Shown: piece after piece, positions 19,318 to 33,595 of the stretch
How positions within the stretch are numbered: position 1 is the stretch's first letter
How the letters are laid out: each line of letters opens with the position of its first letter
DNA from: Neocallimastix sp. 'constans'
Taxonomy: Eukaryota
Length of the DNA stretch: 64,000 bases
Assembly (NCBI GenBank): GCA_050613775.1
Contig: JBODTK010000106.1
Span: 186,001-250,000 of the forward strand
Reading direction: 5' to 3'
The notes under the pieces: generated by a model
What the model saw: only the letters and a program-made list of their open reading frames with translations
Databases searched by the model: none
What the model was told of the DNA's origin: nothing
Position numbers and translations under genes: made by a program

Positions 19318-20799
19318 CTACATATTAAAACAATATTAATAAAATAATTAATTATTAGTAACCATTATAAAATTTTTAATTATAAATTATAGATTAAGTT
19401 TTTTTTTTTTTTTTTTTTTTTTTTTTGTGAATTTAATTATAAATTTAAAGTAATTTATTTTATAATCCCAATCCCAAATATTTGTTTTTTTAGCATTGAA
19501 TCATTCAAATTATATTTAATATGTATAAATAATATAAACAATATATAATATATTATATAAATATTAATTAGTATTATTTTTTATTTAAATATTTTTTTAA
19601 TATTATTAAAAATTTATTAAATAAAAATATCATTTTTATCATAAAAACAACAGATATACATTATATATTAAAAAAATTTATCTATCGTATTTTGAAATTA
19701 AATATTTGTATTATTTATTTTGTTTGTTTTTGAAAATTTAAGTTTAAATATTCTTTACAGTTTTAATTTAAAAATGGTCTGTATGAAAATAATTTTTTAT
19801 AAACATATGTATGTATATTTATTTATTCTTTATTTATTTTATTTTATTTTATTTATTTATTTATTATTATTATTATTATTTTTTTTTTTGAAATCATGTT
19901 ATTTATTATAAGTTTATTTTTAAGATCATTCATACATTGAATTATATTTTAATGCTTTTATTTATTAATTTTTTGAAATGGAAAAACCATCTTTTAAGTG
20001 TTTTCAAATTTTAATGAAAATAAAATATATTAAATATTAAAAAAAGAACATTTATAATATAAAAATAATGTTATATTATTTTTTTTAATTTTTATTTATA
20101 AACAATATGTTAATAAAAAATATTATTTTTGTTTTCTTTTTATATTATTTTAATAAAAAAATTATTAAATCCAATTTATTATTATAAATATTTATATTTT
20201 GATTTTATTTTCAATGTTTGCTAATTCTCCCATAATTTCCTTTTATTAATATTTTATTAATATTTTACTAATTTTAAGTATATTTGAGTATTATATTAGA
20301 GCATTATCATTTTTGTACTTTACCATTATTGATTATAATATTAAATTATAAATCTTTTCTGAAAGTTTTGTATATAACTTAATAATTTTTATTTAAAATT
20401 TTTTTAATTATTATATAATTATAAATACTTATATTTACAATTTATTTTTAATTAATAATTTAATTAAAATTTAGTTAAAAGTTTTAAAAATATATTTACA
20501 TATATATAATACATTATGTAATATTTTGTAATAAATTTTTTTTTTAAATTATACATATTCATGTAATAAAATATTTTTAAATTATTATAAATATATCTTT
20601 ATATATTTATAAATTAATTTTTACTTATTAACTATACATTGAGCATATTTAATCAAAAGTCACATCTTTGCAATGGGTTAAATAAAAAAAAAAATTCACT
20701 AAAATATAAATTTCAATAGATTTAGATTAAATAAATAAAAAAAAAAATCATATTTTATAGATCATAATATACATTTTTTTTATTATATAATTTAGAAAT

Positions 20800-21230
20800 G
20801 ATAAATAATAAATAATAAATAGTAAATAATAAATAAATAAAATAATAAATAATAAATAATAAATAATAAATAATAAATAGTAAATAATAAATAATAAAAT
20901 AATAAATAATAAATAATAAATAATAAATAATAAATAATAAATAATAAATAATAAATAGTAAATAATAAATAATAAAATAATAAATAATAAATAATAAATA
21001 GTAAATAATAAATAATAAAATAATAAATAATAAATAATAAATAATAAATAATAAATAATAAATAATAAATAATAAATAATAAATAATAAATAATAAATAA
21101 TAAATAATAGATAATAAATAATAAATAATAAATAATAGATAATAAATAATAAATAATAAATAATAAATAATAAATAATAAATAATAAATAATAAATAATA
21201 AATAATAAATAATAAATAATAAATAAGTAA
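20800..21230. repeat. (AATAAAT)n heptamer microsatellite
   Basis: Direct reading; source of the spurious ORF 20755..21300. Confidence 0.9.
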
Positions 21231-21352
21231 TAATAAGTAATAAGAAATAAAACGTAGTATTTAGTATTATATATATAAAAATTCTATTGAAATAATTCAA
21301 ATGTTTATATTAATGATAAATAATTAACATATATCACAAAAATCTTTCATCT

Positions 21353-21383
<31 letters not shown>

Positions 21384-24300
21384 AAATATTTTTAAAAATC
21401 TTCATTTATTTAAAATCTTTTTATAACTGTTAGTTTACTAAATGGTTAATATTCATTTCTTTAATTTTTTATTTTGATATTTTTTAATATACATTTAAAA
21501 ACTTTAATAAAGATTGATTTCTATAGTAATAGATTTTTAAATTATTAGGGTAATAGATAAATTTAATATTTTGAAATTTTAGTTAAAATAATTAACTAAA
21601 ATTTTAAAATAAAATGATGATGAACAATTATATCAAAATAAATTTTATTATGATATATTATAATAAATATATTTAAAAATTAATTAATTATTTATTTTTA
21701 GAAATGACTTTTGTAAACTATTCTGTATTTTACTTTTTATTTTATTATTAATCCAAAAAGATTGCTTTTACAAGAACATCTTTAAAATTGTTAATACTTT
21801 CTATAATCAGTAATATTAAAAAGAATAGGAATTCTTTTTCAATTTTAATTTTTCTGTATTATTATTAATCATTTTAAATATATTAGAATTATAAAATTTA
21901 ATAAAAGGTAATTAAATTATTATTAATGGTTTATATAATAACAATATTAATAAATATTAATAATAAATATGAAAAATTTTATATAAAAACAATTTAAGAT
22001 GCTATTATTTAATAAATACATAAAGATTTTATATTCTCATATATTTCTGTCTGTTGAACTGTTATATGTGATAAAGATAATTTCGTTATTTCTTATTTTT
22101 TTTTTTTAATTACTGATTAAAATAATGTAATTCTATAATTATAAAATAAAACTAAAAGATAAGCTAGGATTAATATTAATTTTAATATCTTTTATTACCC
22201 TTTAAAATATTGAATAGTTAAATAGAATAATTATGGTTTTTATTATTAATAAATAATAATAGTTCATAAAAAATTTTTTATTCTTTTATTAAAAATTTTT
22301 TTTTAATAAAAAAAAAATTATTAAAAACTTTATTTTTTTTTCCTTTTTTAGAATTGGAAATATAATCTTTTATAATCATATATTTTAATATATAATACTT
22401 TTATTATTATATATTAAATTTTAGTTAAAAAACAAGAAGACTTTTATATTGACAAATAATACTGCTTAAATAAAAATAATACTAAATAAAATAAAATCAT
22501 ATTTTTTTAAGATATTAATCTTTTTTTTTTTAAAAAAAAAAGCAATAATATTTTTTTTCTTTTTCTTTTTAAAATATTATATATTGGTCTTTTTTTTTTT
22601 TTTTTTTTTTTATTTTATATTTTATTTTTTTAAGAAAAGTAGGATATGTCAAAATAAAATATAAATAAAATTAATCCTTCCCATATATCAATTTTTAAAT
22701 TTTAGAACTTATATTTTATTTAGTCAATCAAATATATAAGAATTAGAAATATATATATATATATAAAAATTCAAACTGCCTTAGTAATTATTTAATCAAG
22801 AAATAAAATTATTTATATAATTTATTTCTAATATAATAAGGTAATTTATTATTTTTTCAATTAATAAAATGCTTTTAATATTACAACAATAATTCTTTTA
22901 ATTCATATTTTTTTCCAAAAAGAATAATTTTTATTGAAATATATAATTTTCTTATAGATAGAATATTTTGAATTATATATATATTACTCATATAATTAAA
23001 AAAAAAAACTTATAAAGTAACCATCAAAATTTAATTACAATTTGTAATATTTTTTTCTACATATATAGAATTAATTCGAAAAGAATATATGTTAAAATAA
23101 AAAGTAATGAATTTTTCAATAATAGAAGTTGTAGAGTTTAATAAAATTTAATACTTTATTAATTTATTAAATAAAAAGAAAAATTAGGAGTAATATATAA
23201 ATAAACAAATACATAATAAAAAATAAAATTATAAAAAAAAAATAAAAATATAAACATCCTATTAATAAAATATTGGTTGTTTTAAAATTTTATGGTAATT
23301 TTTTAAAATGGATGTAACAAATTAAAAAAAAAATATAAAAGTTTAGCGGTAAATTTATTTTTTAGGGGAAAATAATAAAAAGAGTTATTTTGTTCGAAGT
23401 TATTCATAAGAACAAATATTTTAGATATGACGACGGTAAACACAAATATAATATTGATAATAAATAATTTTTCATAATCTAGAAAAATTTTAATAAATGA
23501 ATAAATAAATGAATAAATAAATAAATAAATAATTAATTAATTATAAATGAATAGATAAATAGATAAATAAATATATATAATAATTAAATAAATAATTAAA
23601 TAATTCAAAAGATAAAAATTATGAAAATCATAATTAATATCATATTTAACAACCGATGATTAAAAAAAAAAATAAAAGACTTAAACAAAATTAATATATG
23701 TCAATTAATATTAATATATGTTACAATACATTTATAATATATTTTGCATAAATTAAATAAAGTCAAATATATATTTAATATATTTATAATTGGAATAAAA
23801 AATAGAAATAGTAATATATATAATGTAATGCAAAATATAAATATATGTTATGCAATATATTAAGATGTAATACTAAAAAAAAGTTTAAAACATATAAATA
23901 TAAATTTTAATATATATTAATATATAAATTAATATATACATAATATATTTATTTTTCATACCTTAAGGAATAAAATAGAATTAAATTGAATTTTATTATT
24001 AAAATTAGTTTTATTATTAAAAAATATTGAATATTTGAAAATATTTTATATAAAGTTTTATTTTTTTTGAAATATTTTCATAAAAAAATATATTTTTTTT
24101 TCATTCTAAAAATTATAATTATTTATAAAAAAAATTTTTTTCTAAAATTTTTTTTATTATGTTTAAACTTAATAAATACCAAATTATTTTATAATTATTT
24201 ATAATTTTTGATTTAATTATAAATGAAATTAATATAAGAAAAAATATTTATAAAAATAAATAAAATATTATAAAGTATAATATTATAACGAGAAAATAAA

Positions 24301-24655
24301 TATTATTAAGAAATAAATAAAATAAATAATAAAAAATTAAGAAAAATAAAAAAAAAAGCAAAAAACATAAAACATAAAACAAAAAGCAAAAAATAAAAAA
24401 AAAAAAAATTAAAAATAAGGAAAAAGTTTTTATTGCTTAATAGCTAAATTAAATATTTTATATAGTAGTTTAATTTATCATTATTAACGAAGAATATGTA
24501 TAAATGAATGTGTTTCATAAACAATAATAAATTAATTAAAGCAGATTACTGAACAATTAATTAATATATTTGAAAAAAAAAACAATTGTAGTAAAATAGA
24601 AAAATTATTTTTTCTTTATTATTATTATTGAATAGAGTATAGATATAGTTAAAAG

Positions 24656-24705
<50 letters not shown>

Positions 24706-26352
24706 ACATACTTAAATTCATTTTAATTATTATTCATTAATATTTTTAATATTTAAATGTTAAGCATAAGCAATTAAACGAATCGTATAATACCTACAAT
24801 AACTACCATTATAATTTTATACCAAAGCAAGATTAAAATTATATTATATATAAAGAATACCAATAACAAAAAGAAAAATAAATAAAAAACATAATTATTA
24901 TATTTGACATTAAAGTATTAACAAATTTATATAGTTTGATTTAATTATAAAAAAATAAAATTTACTATAAAGACATTTGTATGTATAAAAATATATATAA
25001 TTTTACTATAAAATAATATTAATTTATTTATTCATATATATGAGATATAAATATATAATTCATATTTAATTTATTTACGCATATGTGAGATATAAATATA
25101 TAATATAATTCATATTTATATATTAATTATATATCAATTAACATCCCAAATAAATTTTTTATGATTAATTTTTGATATTAATTTATATATATGACCCAAA
25201 TAGGTTTTAAATTTATAATTTGATAAATCTGATATTTCAATCAAAATTATTAATAGTAGAAGATAAAAAATATATTGATATCTATTTACAAAGGATAAAT
25301 ATATTAAAGAGATACTTTTTTTAAAAGGTAAATTTTATAAAAAATTTTTTTTTAATATTTTAATATAGAAAACTACAAACATTAAATATTTTTTAAATCT
25401 TTTAATATCAAAAACTACAAATATTAAATATATATATATTTTTTGATATAAAGAATCTCATTTTATAATAAACTGTATTTATTATATATATTATATATAT
25501 TTAGATAAATCTAAATATAGTTTAAGGTTAATATTATTAAAATCAAATTTTAGTAGATAAAATTTAAAAATAAAATGAACTTTATTAAATAGTATTTTAT
25601 AAGATTAATTATATTTAAACATTTTTTAAACAATAAAAAATAAATATAAATAACATATATTGTATTATTTTTATGGTGTAAAATATTATTTAATACATTT
25701 TATTCGTTTTAAAAATAGTAAAATAATTTTTATAAAATGAAAAATATCATAATTAACTTTTTTTCAAATTTATTTTTAAATAATGAATAGGTTTTAATAT
25801 GAAACTTTTATAAAAACCACTTTTATAATATATTTTATTTTGTAAAACAATTAATATACCGAAATATTATAAAATTAATAAAATAATGTATTTTTTTTAT
25901 AAATAAAAGAACGATAAATACAAAATAAAATTTATTCATTGTATAAAAGAATATCAATAAATAAATAAATCTTTCATTACCATAATCAATACATTATTAA
26001 TAGAATAAAAAAAGTACTGTATATATATTTAAATATTATTATTATGTGATCAATAATATATATTATTTGCAACACAAAACAAAAATAAAAAAAGCTACGT
26101 TTATTTTCATTAAAAAAACAAATCGATAAAAAATTTTATTTGCAATTATTGAGTATTTTCTTTAACAAATAAGATAATACCATAAAAAAATTAAAATAAA
26201 CATTTTATAATCATAAAAAAAAAAAAAAAAAAAAAAAATAAAATAAAAAAATAAATAAATAAAAATATATATCCAATAATTTAATATTTTATTCGTCAAA
26301 TAATTTCAAAAAAGATTTATATCAATTATTTTTAATATAAATAAAATATAAA

Positions 26353-28629
26353 ATGGAAAATATAAATAGCGAATCCAGTAATATAAGTCAGGATTTATCA
26401 TATACTGAAAGTAAAGAAGTCAATGATCCTTCAATGAAAAAAGATAAAAGTTTTACTATACCATTAGAAACAACACCAACACCAGTTATATCTAATTCAA
26501 ATATTCCAAATACCCAGCTTTCCTATAATGAAAATAATGATATAGTATCATCAAATGTTTCGGAAGAATCAAATAATATAATTAAATCCGAAATAAAAGA
26601 TCGTAGTAATAGTATTATGAATAACAATAATAAATCGGATTTTGTTTCTAGTCCAGAGACAAGAAGTGTTAATTCGTCATTGTCTAATATTAATACTATG
26701 CCCAATTATAAAAAGACTTCAAATGTAATTTCTCCAAATAGTTCAACTTTCGATGGTGTTGTCGAAAAAACTTCTATACCTCCAACTTCTCCAATATCAA
26801 CTAAGATACATACACCATTCTATCAAACAGACTTATGTAATCAAGGTGATGAACGTGCAGATGCTGTAGTAGAACTTTTAAAAATAAAACCATATCAAGA
26901 TGCATTATCAATTATAATCCATCATGTCGTTTCACGTAGAACGTGGGGTACACCATTAGAATATAAGCAACATTTGTTAGCTAAGGAATTCCACGAATTG
27001 GTATGTGAAGTTCCAAGTTGGGTTGATTGGAATAAAATTAGAAATGGTCAAAAAGTATTTTGGCGTTATGCTTGGCCTTTATGGATTTCTTGTATTGGAA
27101 GTGCAATGACAAGAGGTGCAACTTTACCAATTCCATCTCCTAATGATAATAAAACACCTAATCAACGTTTATTAGAAACAAGTCAATTTCTTTTGGAATG
27201 TATGTATCCTGATTCCCTGAAACCTGGTAATTTTGGTTGGAGCACAGCTGTAAGGATTAGATGTGCCCATGCATTGGCAAGATTAAATTATCGTAATACT
27301 TTAAAGGAAAGAATAAATAATAATGAACCAACACCTTTAGAAGAAAATTTGCAAAAAGCTAAAATGAATGTAAATTCGAGTGTTGAAAGTAATGAATCAA
27401 TTCAGAAATATGAACCATTAGATTCAATTGAGGAACAGCAATATCAAGAAATGTTACCAGTAAGTCAAGCAGATTTAATAAGAACTATTCTTTATCTTTC
27501 TCTAGGAAGTATGTCAGCGATGAAACGGGGATTTGGAATTAGAATGGAAAAAGGTGAAAAAGAAGACTATACACTGTTATGGAGATATATAGCATTTCTT
27601 TGTGGTATAGATAATCAAAATAATCCACTTATTTCTTTAAGAGAAGCAGAAGTAGCAACCATACAATTAATAAATACAGAAAGTTGCATGTTTTTGGATG
27701 ATAATGCTATTAGATATACTCAAGCTGTTCTTCAAGCCATGGCAAGATTAGTTCCAATATTTGGTTATTCCAATTTTATTAGAGCTCTTACTAATGAAAT
27801 GGCATGTAGACTTATGGGTAATGAAGTTGTTTCTAATATGAGATTAAAACCAAAGCCAAATGAATATCATCGACAAATAGTAAAATGGTTTATTCAATAT
27901 AATAGATTAGTTTGTCGTGGTTTGGCAAAGAGTTCATTTGGTCAATCAATAATTTGTACAATTAATCGTTTAGTCGTTCCAAAAGTTGTTTGGTTTGCTA
28001 ATAGTGGAAAATGGGTTGATTATAGTAGAGGTGTAAGTGATAATAAGCAAAGAACTCCAACAGAAGATGAAAAAAATAATCAAAACTCATCGTATAGATC
28101 AGGGGAAAATTCCTTATATAAAACTGAATATTCACCATCTATATCTGAATCTTCAAATTATAATAAAAACCGTCGTAGTCAAATTCGTTCAATCGATAGT
28201 ACATTAGTTAATGAATTTATTGGAAATTCAGAATTTTCTTTAAATGAAATACAAAGTGAAGTTGATAGTCAATGTAATGAATCAATAATGGAAGATGAAG
28301 AATGGGTTCAAAAGCCATTAAACAGTCCTTCAAAATTGAAAAGAAATGTTTTAAAGCGTAATAATTATCAAAGACCACAATCATGGTCAATTGACAATTC
28401 ATCAAGATATTCATATGAAATAACAGAAAGTGATAGTGTGTCACAACGTCGTTATTCTACTCAATCTTATATTTCTACTAATAGGAATTCACTATCTAAA
28501 AATGAAAGAAGTATACCATATCCAACACATTGGTTTGAAAATATAGCAAGATTAAATATGTGGGCAGTCGTACCAGCAATGTCTGTTGCAATGGCAGCTT
28601 ATTGTGTAGTACTTGTATATATTGATTAA
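26353..28629 (+). CDS. Lcp/MpaB-like (rubber oxygenase / ER-bound oxygenase, DUF2236) domain protein with C-terminal TM anchor, intronless, 758 aa
   Basis: VPSWVDWNKIRNGQKVF, RLLET, VRIRCAHALAR, PVSQADL and DYTLLWRYIAFLCGI match the motif order I recall for this family. The C-terminus is hydrophobic (WAVVPAMSVAMAAYCVVLVY). Confidence 0.8.
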   Translation: MENINSESSNISQDLSYTESKEVNDPSMKKDKSFTIPLETTPTPVISNSNIPNTQLSYNENNDIVSSNVSEESNNIIKSEIKDRSNSIMNNNNKSDFVSSPETRSVNSSLSNINTMPNYKKTSNVISPNSSTFDGVVEKTSIPPTSPISTKIHTPFYQTDLCNQGDERADAVVELLKIKPYQDALSIIIHHVVSRRTWGTPLEYKQHLLAKEFHELVCEVPSWVDWNKIRNGQKVFWRYAWPLWISCIGSAMTRGATLPIPSPNDNKTPNQRLLETSQFLLECMYPDSLKPGNFGWSTAVRIRCAHALARLNYRNTLKERINNNEPTPLEENLQKAKMNVNSSVESNESIQKYEPLDSIEEQQYQEMLPVSQADLIRTILYLSLGSMSAMKRGFGIRMEKGEKEDYTLLWRYIAFLCGIDNQNNPLISLREAEVATIQLINTESCMFLDDNAIRYTQAVLQAMARLVPIFGYSNFIRALTNEMACRLMGNEVVSNMRLKPKPNEYHRQIVKWFIQYNRLVCRGLAKSSFGQSIICTINRLVVPKVVWFANSGKWVDYSRGVSDNKQRTPTEDEKNNQNSSYRSGENSLYKTEYSPSISESSNYNKNRRSQIRSIDSTLVNEFIGNSEFSLNEIQSEVDSQCNESIMEDEEWVQKPLNSPSKLKRNVLKRNNYQRPQSWSIDNSSRYSYEITESDSVSQRRYSTQSYISTNRNSLSKNERSIPYPTHWFENIARLNMWAVVPAMSVAMAAYCVVLVYID

Positions 28630-29237
28630 ACAAAAAAAAATATAAATAATATTAAGTTTAGAGTCCTCATTTTTTATTAATTCTTAATTATTTTTAGTAT
28701 TAATATATTTTTTTTTTTTTAAAAAAAAAAAAAATTATAACCATATAAAATTATTAATAATTAATATATATTTATTCTGTTACTATTTAAACTTGTTTTA
28801 TTTTATATATATATATATATATATTTATATATTTTAATTAACATCTATTTATTTATTTTTTATATGTAAAAAATAAAAAAAAAAAAAAAAAAAATAGACA
28901 AAGTAAATAATAAAAAAAGAAAAAAAAATTATATTATTTTATTTATATAAAATAAATATAAAGTATAAAAATTATAAAAATTATATATAGTAAATTCTTT
29001 TTTTTTTTTTTTAATATATACATAATTAATTATAATATTATTTATATTTTATATATTAATTATAATATATATATTTATATATGATAATTTTTAACATATC
29101 CTATAGTAGTTTTATTTCAATATTATTATTATATAAATTTTTTTTTTTATTTTATTTTTTTTTATTTTTTATCGAATTTTAATATTATTAAAAGTATTAG
29201 ATGTCGTAGTAGTAATAATAATATTTAATTTCATGGT

Positions 29238-29274
<37 letters not shown>

Positions 29275-29749
29275 TTAAGTAAAATTTAATAATTATAACG
29301 ATTATAAAAAATAATAAAAAAATAAAAAAATAAAAAATTAAAAAAATAAAAAAAATTTATTTCTAAATTATTATTTATTACTTTTTATTTTCTCTTTTTT
29401 TTTATTTTTTTTTTAATTTAATAATCTATTTAAAATAAAATTATGTATTATATTGATACTTATAATGTTATATAATAAAATATATATATATATTTGTGAT
29501 CATTAACATTCAAAAAAAAAAAAAAAAAAAAAATAAATAAATAAATAAATTAATAAATAAATTGTTGTAAATACTTCAATTATAATAATAATATAATGAT
29601 GATGAAAATATTGAATAAAAAAGAGAAAATAAAAATAAAGTTTTTTTTTTTTTTTTTTTTAATTTTTAAAATTTTAATAATAAAAATTAAAATAAATAAA
29701 TAAATAAATAAATAATAAAAAAATAAAAATAAAGAAAAATAAAAATAAA

Positions 29750-29824
<75 letters not shown>

Positions 29825-30396
29825 ATTTTATTTTATTATTATCATTTTATTTTTATTTTTATTTTATTTTATTTTTATTTTATTTTATTTTATTTTTATT
29901 TTATTTTATTTTATTTTTATTTTTATGTTTATTTTAAATTTATGTTTTTTTTTTTTTTATTTTTATTAGAGAATCAAGTAGAACCAAATTCTTTTCTGGT
30001 ATATTAATAATGATAATGATAATGATGATTATACGATAAAATAGTTTCATAAAATAGTAATAAATTTTATTTAAAAAAAATAATGAAAATGAAAAATTTA
30101 TATATATATATAAATAGTAATAATAAAAATGAAATACTAATAATAATATGAAACAAAGATTTAATTTTATTTTTCATGTTTGATATATATGAAACATATA
30201 ATATATAATAAAAATATAAAAATAAAAAATAAAATAAAATATAAAAAAATAAAAATAAAAATAAAAAAATATATATTAAAAATAATAGGAAATAAATAGT
30301 TTAGGTAAAGCATTTAATAATTTATCAATAAATTATAGGTAATTAATTCATGATATGAAATTTATTAAATAAAAATAAATATTAAAAAATTTTATT

Positions 30397-30438
<42 letters not shown>

Positions 30439-30563
30439 ATTATGATTTTAATTCTATCGTTAAATACAAATTTACATTCTAATTTTTTAATTTTAAGTAA
30501 TGCTTTATATTATTATTATTATTAAAGCATTATTATTATTATTATTCATTTTATTTTCCCTAA

Positions 30564-30596
<33 letters not shown>

Positions 30597-30827
30597 CAAA
30601 AATATAAATATTTTTTTAAAAATTTTTGAAATATAATAAATTAATTAATTTTTTTTCTTTTCTGGTATGTCTATTTTTTTTGCTAATTTTTTTTTTTTAT
30701 TTTTATTTTTATTAATATTTTTATTTTCTTTTTTATTATTCAAAATAGAATAAAATAAAATAAAAAAATAAAAATAAAAATAAAAATAAAAATAAAAATA
30801 AAAATAAATAAAATCTTTTATTATTGA

Positions 30828-31484
30828 TTATTCATCATCTTCTTCTGGTCTCTTATAAAGAACAAGTGCAATAGAATCACTTGTCTTCATTCTTATAGAT
30901 CTTATATGCTTAAAACCTCCAGGTATTTGAGCAACAATTCTATCTAATGCATACGTTATATTTTCAAATATTTCTTTTGCTGAAAAATCCGTAGTGGCAA
31001 TCTTTACAGATCTAATATTTAATAATTATAATATTAATAATTAAAATAGTAATGGAATTAGAAATAGTTATAGAAATAGAAAATTAATAAAATAAATAAA
31101 ATAAAAATAAAATAAAAATAAAATAAAAATTGATTTATATAAAATAACAATAATAACAACAAACAAAAATATTTATATATATATATATTTTTTTTATTTA
31201 AGTAAATTTATATAAAATATATTATATATATATATAAAAGTTTATTAGAAACTTACGTTATGCCTTTATGCTTTAATAAAAGATAGGTTGAATTCATAGC
31301 ATTAGCAAATTCTTTTATTAAATTTTTGGATTGTAAATTTATTGGCATTGGTTGCCTTGAAGAATATATATATTATAAGTTATTTATTATTATATATAAA
31401 ATTAAATTATTATTAGTAATGAATCTATTTAATATATATGTATAAATAAATTTTTTTGTATTTTTATATTATTATTATTATTAC

Positions 31485-31535
<51 letters not shown>

Positions 31536-32785
31536 AAGTAGTAGTAGTAGTAGTAGTAGTATTTATATATAATACATTATAATTTACTTTTTCTTATTAT
31601 AAAAAACTGGTCCAAGAATTTTTGGAAGTAAATGTATTATTTTTTCATCAGCAAAAACCCCATCATAGTCATTATAAAGTTGAACTCTATCGTCTTTATT
31701 ACTTAATTGAGAACGAAGATTGGATATACCAACTACCTTTTTTTTTAAAAAATATATATATATATATATACAATAATAATAATTTATTTTTATTTTTATA
31801 TATTAATAAATAAATAAATAAATAAAATACATAAAAATAAAAATAAAAAAAAAATAAAAAAAAATAAAAAAAAAAAGATAATTAATATTTCTTATGAAGT
31901 ATTATATTTCTTATAAAGTATTACTATGTGGAATTTTCTAATTTAATTTAATTCAATTTAATTTTAATATATTTTAAATAAAATAACATACTCTTGTTAT
32001 TTTTTTTATTCTTTGTTTTTCAATCATTTCTTTATATTTTGTTTGTGGGTCTTTAGTGATAACAAAAAATTCTGAATCATTATCAAATAATGTATGTTTT
32101 AAAGGTCTAAAATGGATAATACAAAATATTTAATTTGATATAATATTATTATTAAGATAATAATTAATTTTATAATTTTTATATTTTTAATAATAGAAAT
32201 TTAAAATAATCCTTTATTTCTTATAATTAATAATAATTCCATATAATTTTAAATTAATTTAAATTTCTAAATACTGTAAAAAGTATATACATATATATAT
32301 AATTAAATTTTTACATAAGTGTTGGCTTAAATTTATGAGTTTCTTGAAATTCATCTAAATCAAAAACTAACCATATTGATTTTACAAAATCTAAATAATC
32401 CTTATTACCATTTAATCTTTCTTTTTGAATAAAAGCATGAATTGCTTTTGAACATTTAACAATCTTTAAAATAATATAACATTTAAAAAAAAATATTTTT
32501 ATTTTTATTTCATTTTATTTTTTATCATTTATTATTATAGAAAAAAAAAGTATATTAAGTATACATATATATATATATATTAAAGAATAATATAATGGAT
32601 TATTATTGAAAAGAAAAAATAAATAAAATATGATATATATGAATATTAGTTGGATTTCTATATCATTGATTAATATTTAAATTTAATTTGAACAATGAAA
32701 ATATAATTATTTCATTTTAAATTTTATAATTAAATATCAATAATATATATAAATATTAAAAACAAAAACAAAAGCAAAAATGAAA

Positions 32786-32829
<44 letters not shown>

Positions 32830-32894
32830 TTTATTTTTATATTAATAATTTAATAATTTATATATACTTGGTTTCGTTCTATGAAGGATTCCAT
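30828..32894 (-). CDS. Ribosomal L1 domain-containing protein (UTP30/CIC1/RSL1D1-like), multi-exon
   Basis: Spliced MESFIERNQ|IVKCSKAI..|PLKHTLF..FVITKDPQTKYKE..|VVGISNLR..YDGVFADEKIIHLLPKILGPVFYNKKK|QPMPINL..|SVKIATTDFSAKEIFENI..IRSIRMKTSDSIALVLY..*. Confidence 0.85.
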
Positions 32895-33105
32895 CTTGAT
32901 AAAATGTAGGATTTTGAAATATTTATAAAATATTGAAATATATATAATTTTTATATATAAAAATTTAAAATTTTAATTATAAATTAAATGAAATATATAT
33001 AAATATTTATAATTAAATCAAATTTCAAAATGTACTGAAATCTATTTTGCAAATTTTATCTTTTAAACAATTAAAAAATAAATGTATATATTATATTTCA
33101 TATAT

Positions 33106-33176
<71 letters not shown>

Positions 33177-33213
33177 TAAACTAATTAACCAATTAATTTA
33201 AATATTAAAATCA

Positions 33214-33255
<42 letters not shown>

Positions 33256-33595
33256 TGTTAAAGTATTAAATAATATAAATAAATAAACTTAATAATTTAG
33301 GTTTATAATTAAATAATAGAAAATATAAATCATAAATATTTATGTAAAAAACTAAACTTAAAATGTAAATTAACATTATTTATGTTAATACATAATTAAA
33401 TGTAAATCATTAGATTTATCATGCGCATGTAAATAGTTTCTTTATTCTTGTTTATTCACGTGAAATAGTTATATAGTTTATATAAAAATAATTGTTTATT
33501 TTATAGACGAAAATTTGCGACTTTCGTCAATAAGTAATTTTTTAATAAATAAATAAATGTATAAATTATTAATAACTAAATAAATTACTTTAATA
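33256..33595 (+). repeat. Copia A 5' LTR (TG...TA)
   Basis: Direct repeat of 45161-45500; terminal inverted repeat TGTTAAAGTA / TACTTTAATA. Confidence 0.95.

Noticed and set aside
20755..21300. Hydrophobic YYLLFII ORFs (also 7275-7640 and 13041-13313)
   Set aside because: They are translations of heptamer and pentamer microsatellites.
21300..26350. 5-kb gene-free region, including a small duplication at ~25030-25120
   Set aside because: It is low-complexity AT-rich DNA in which I could not support any gene, RNA or element.
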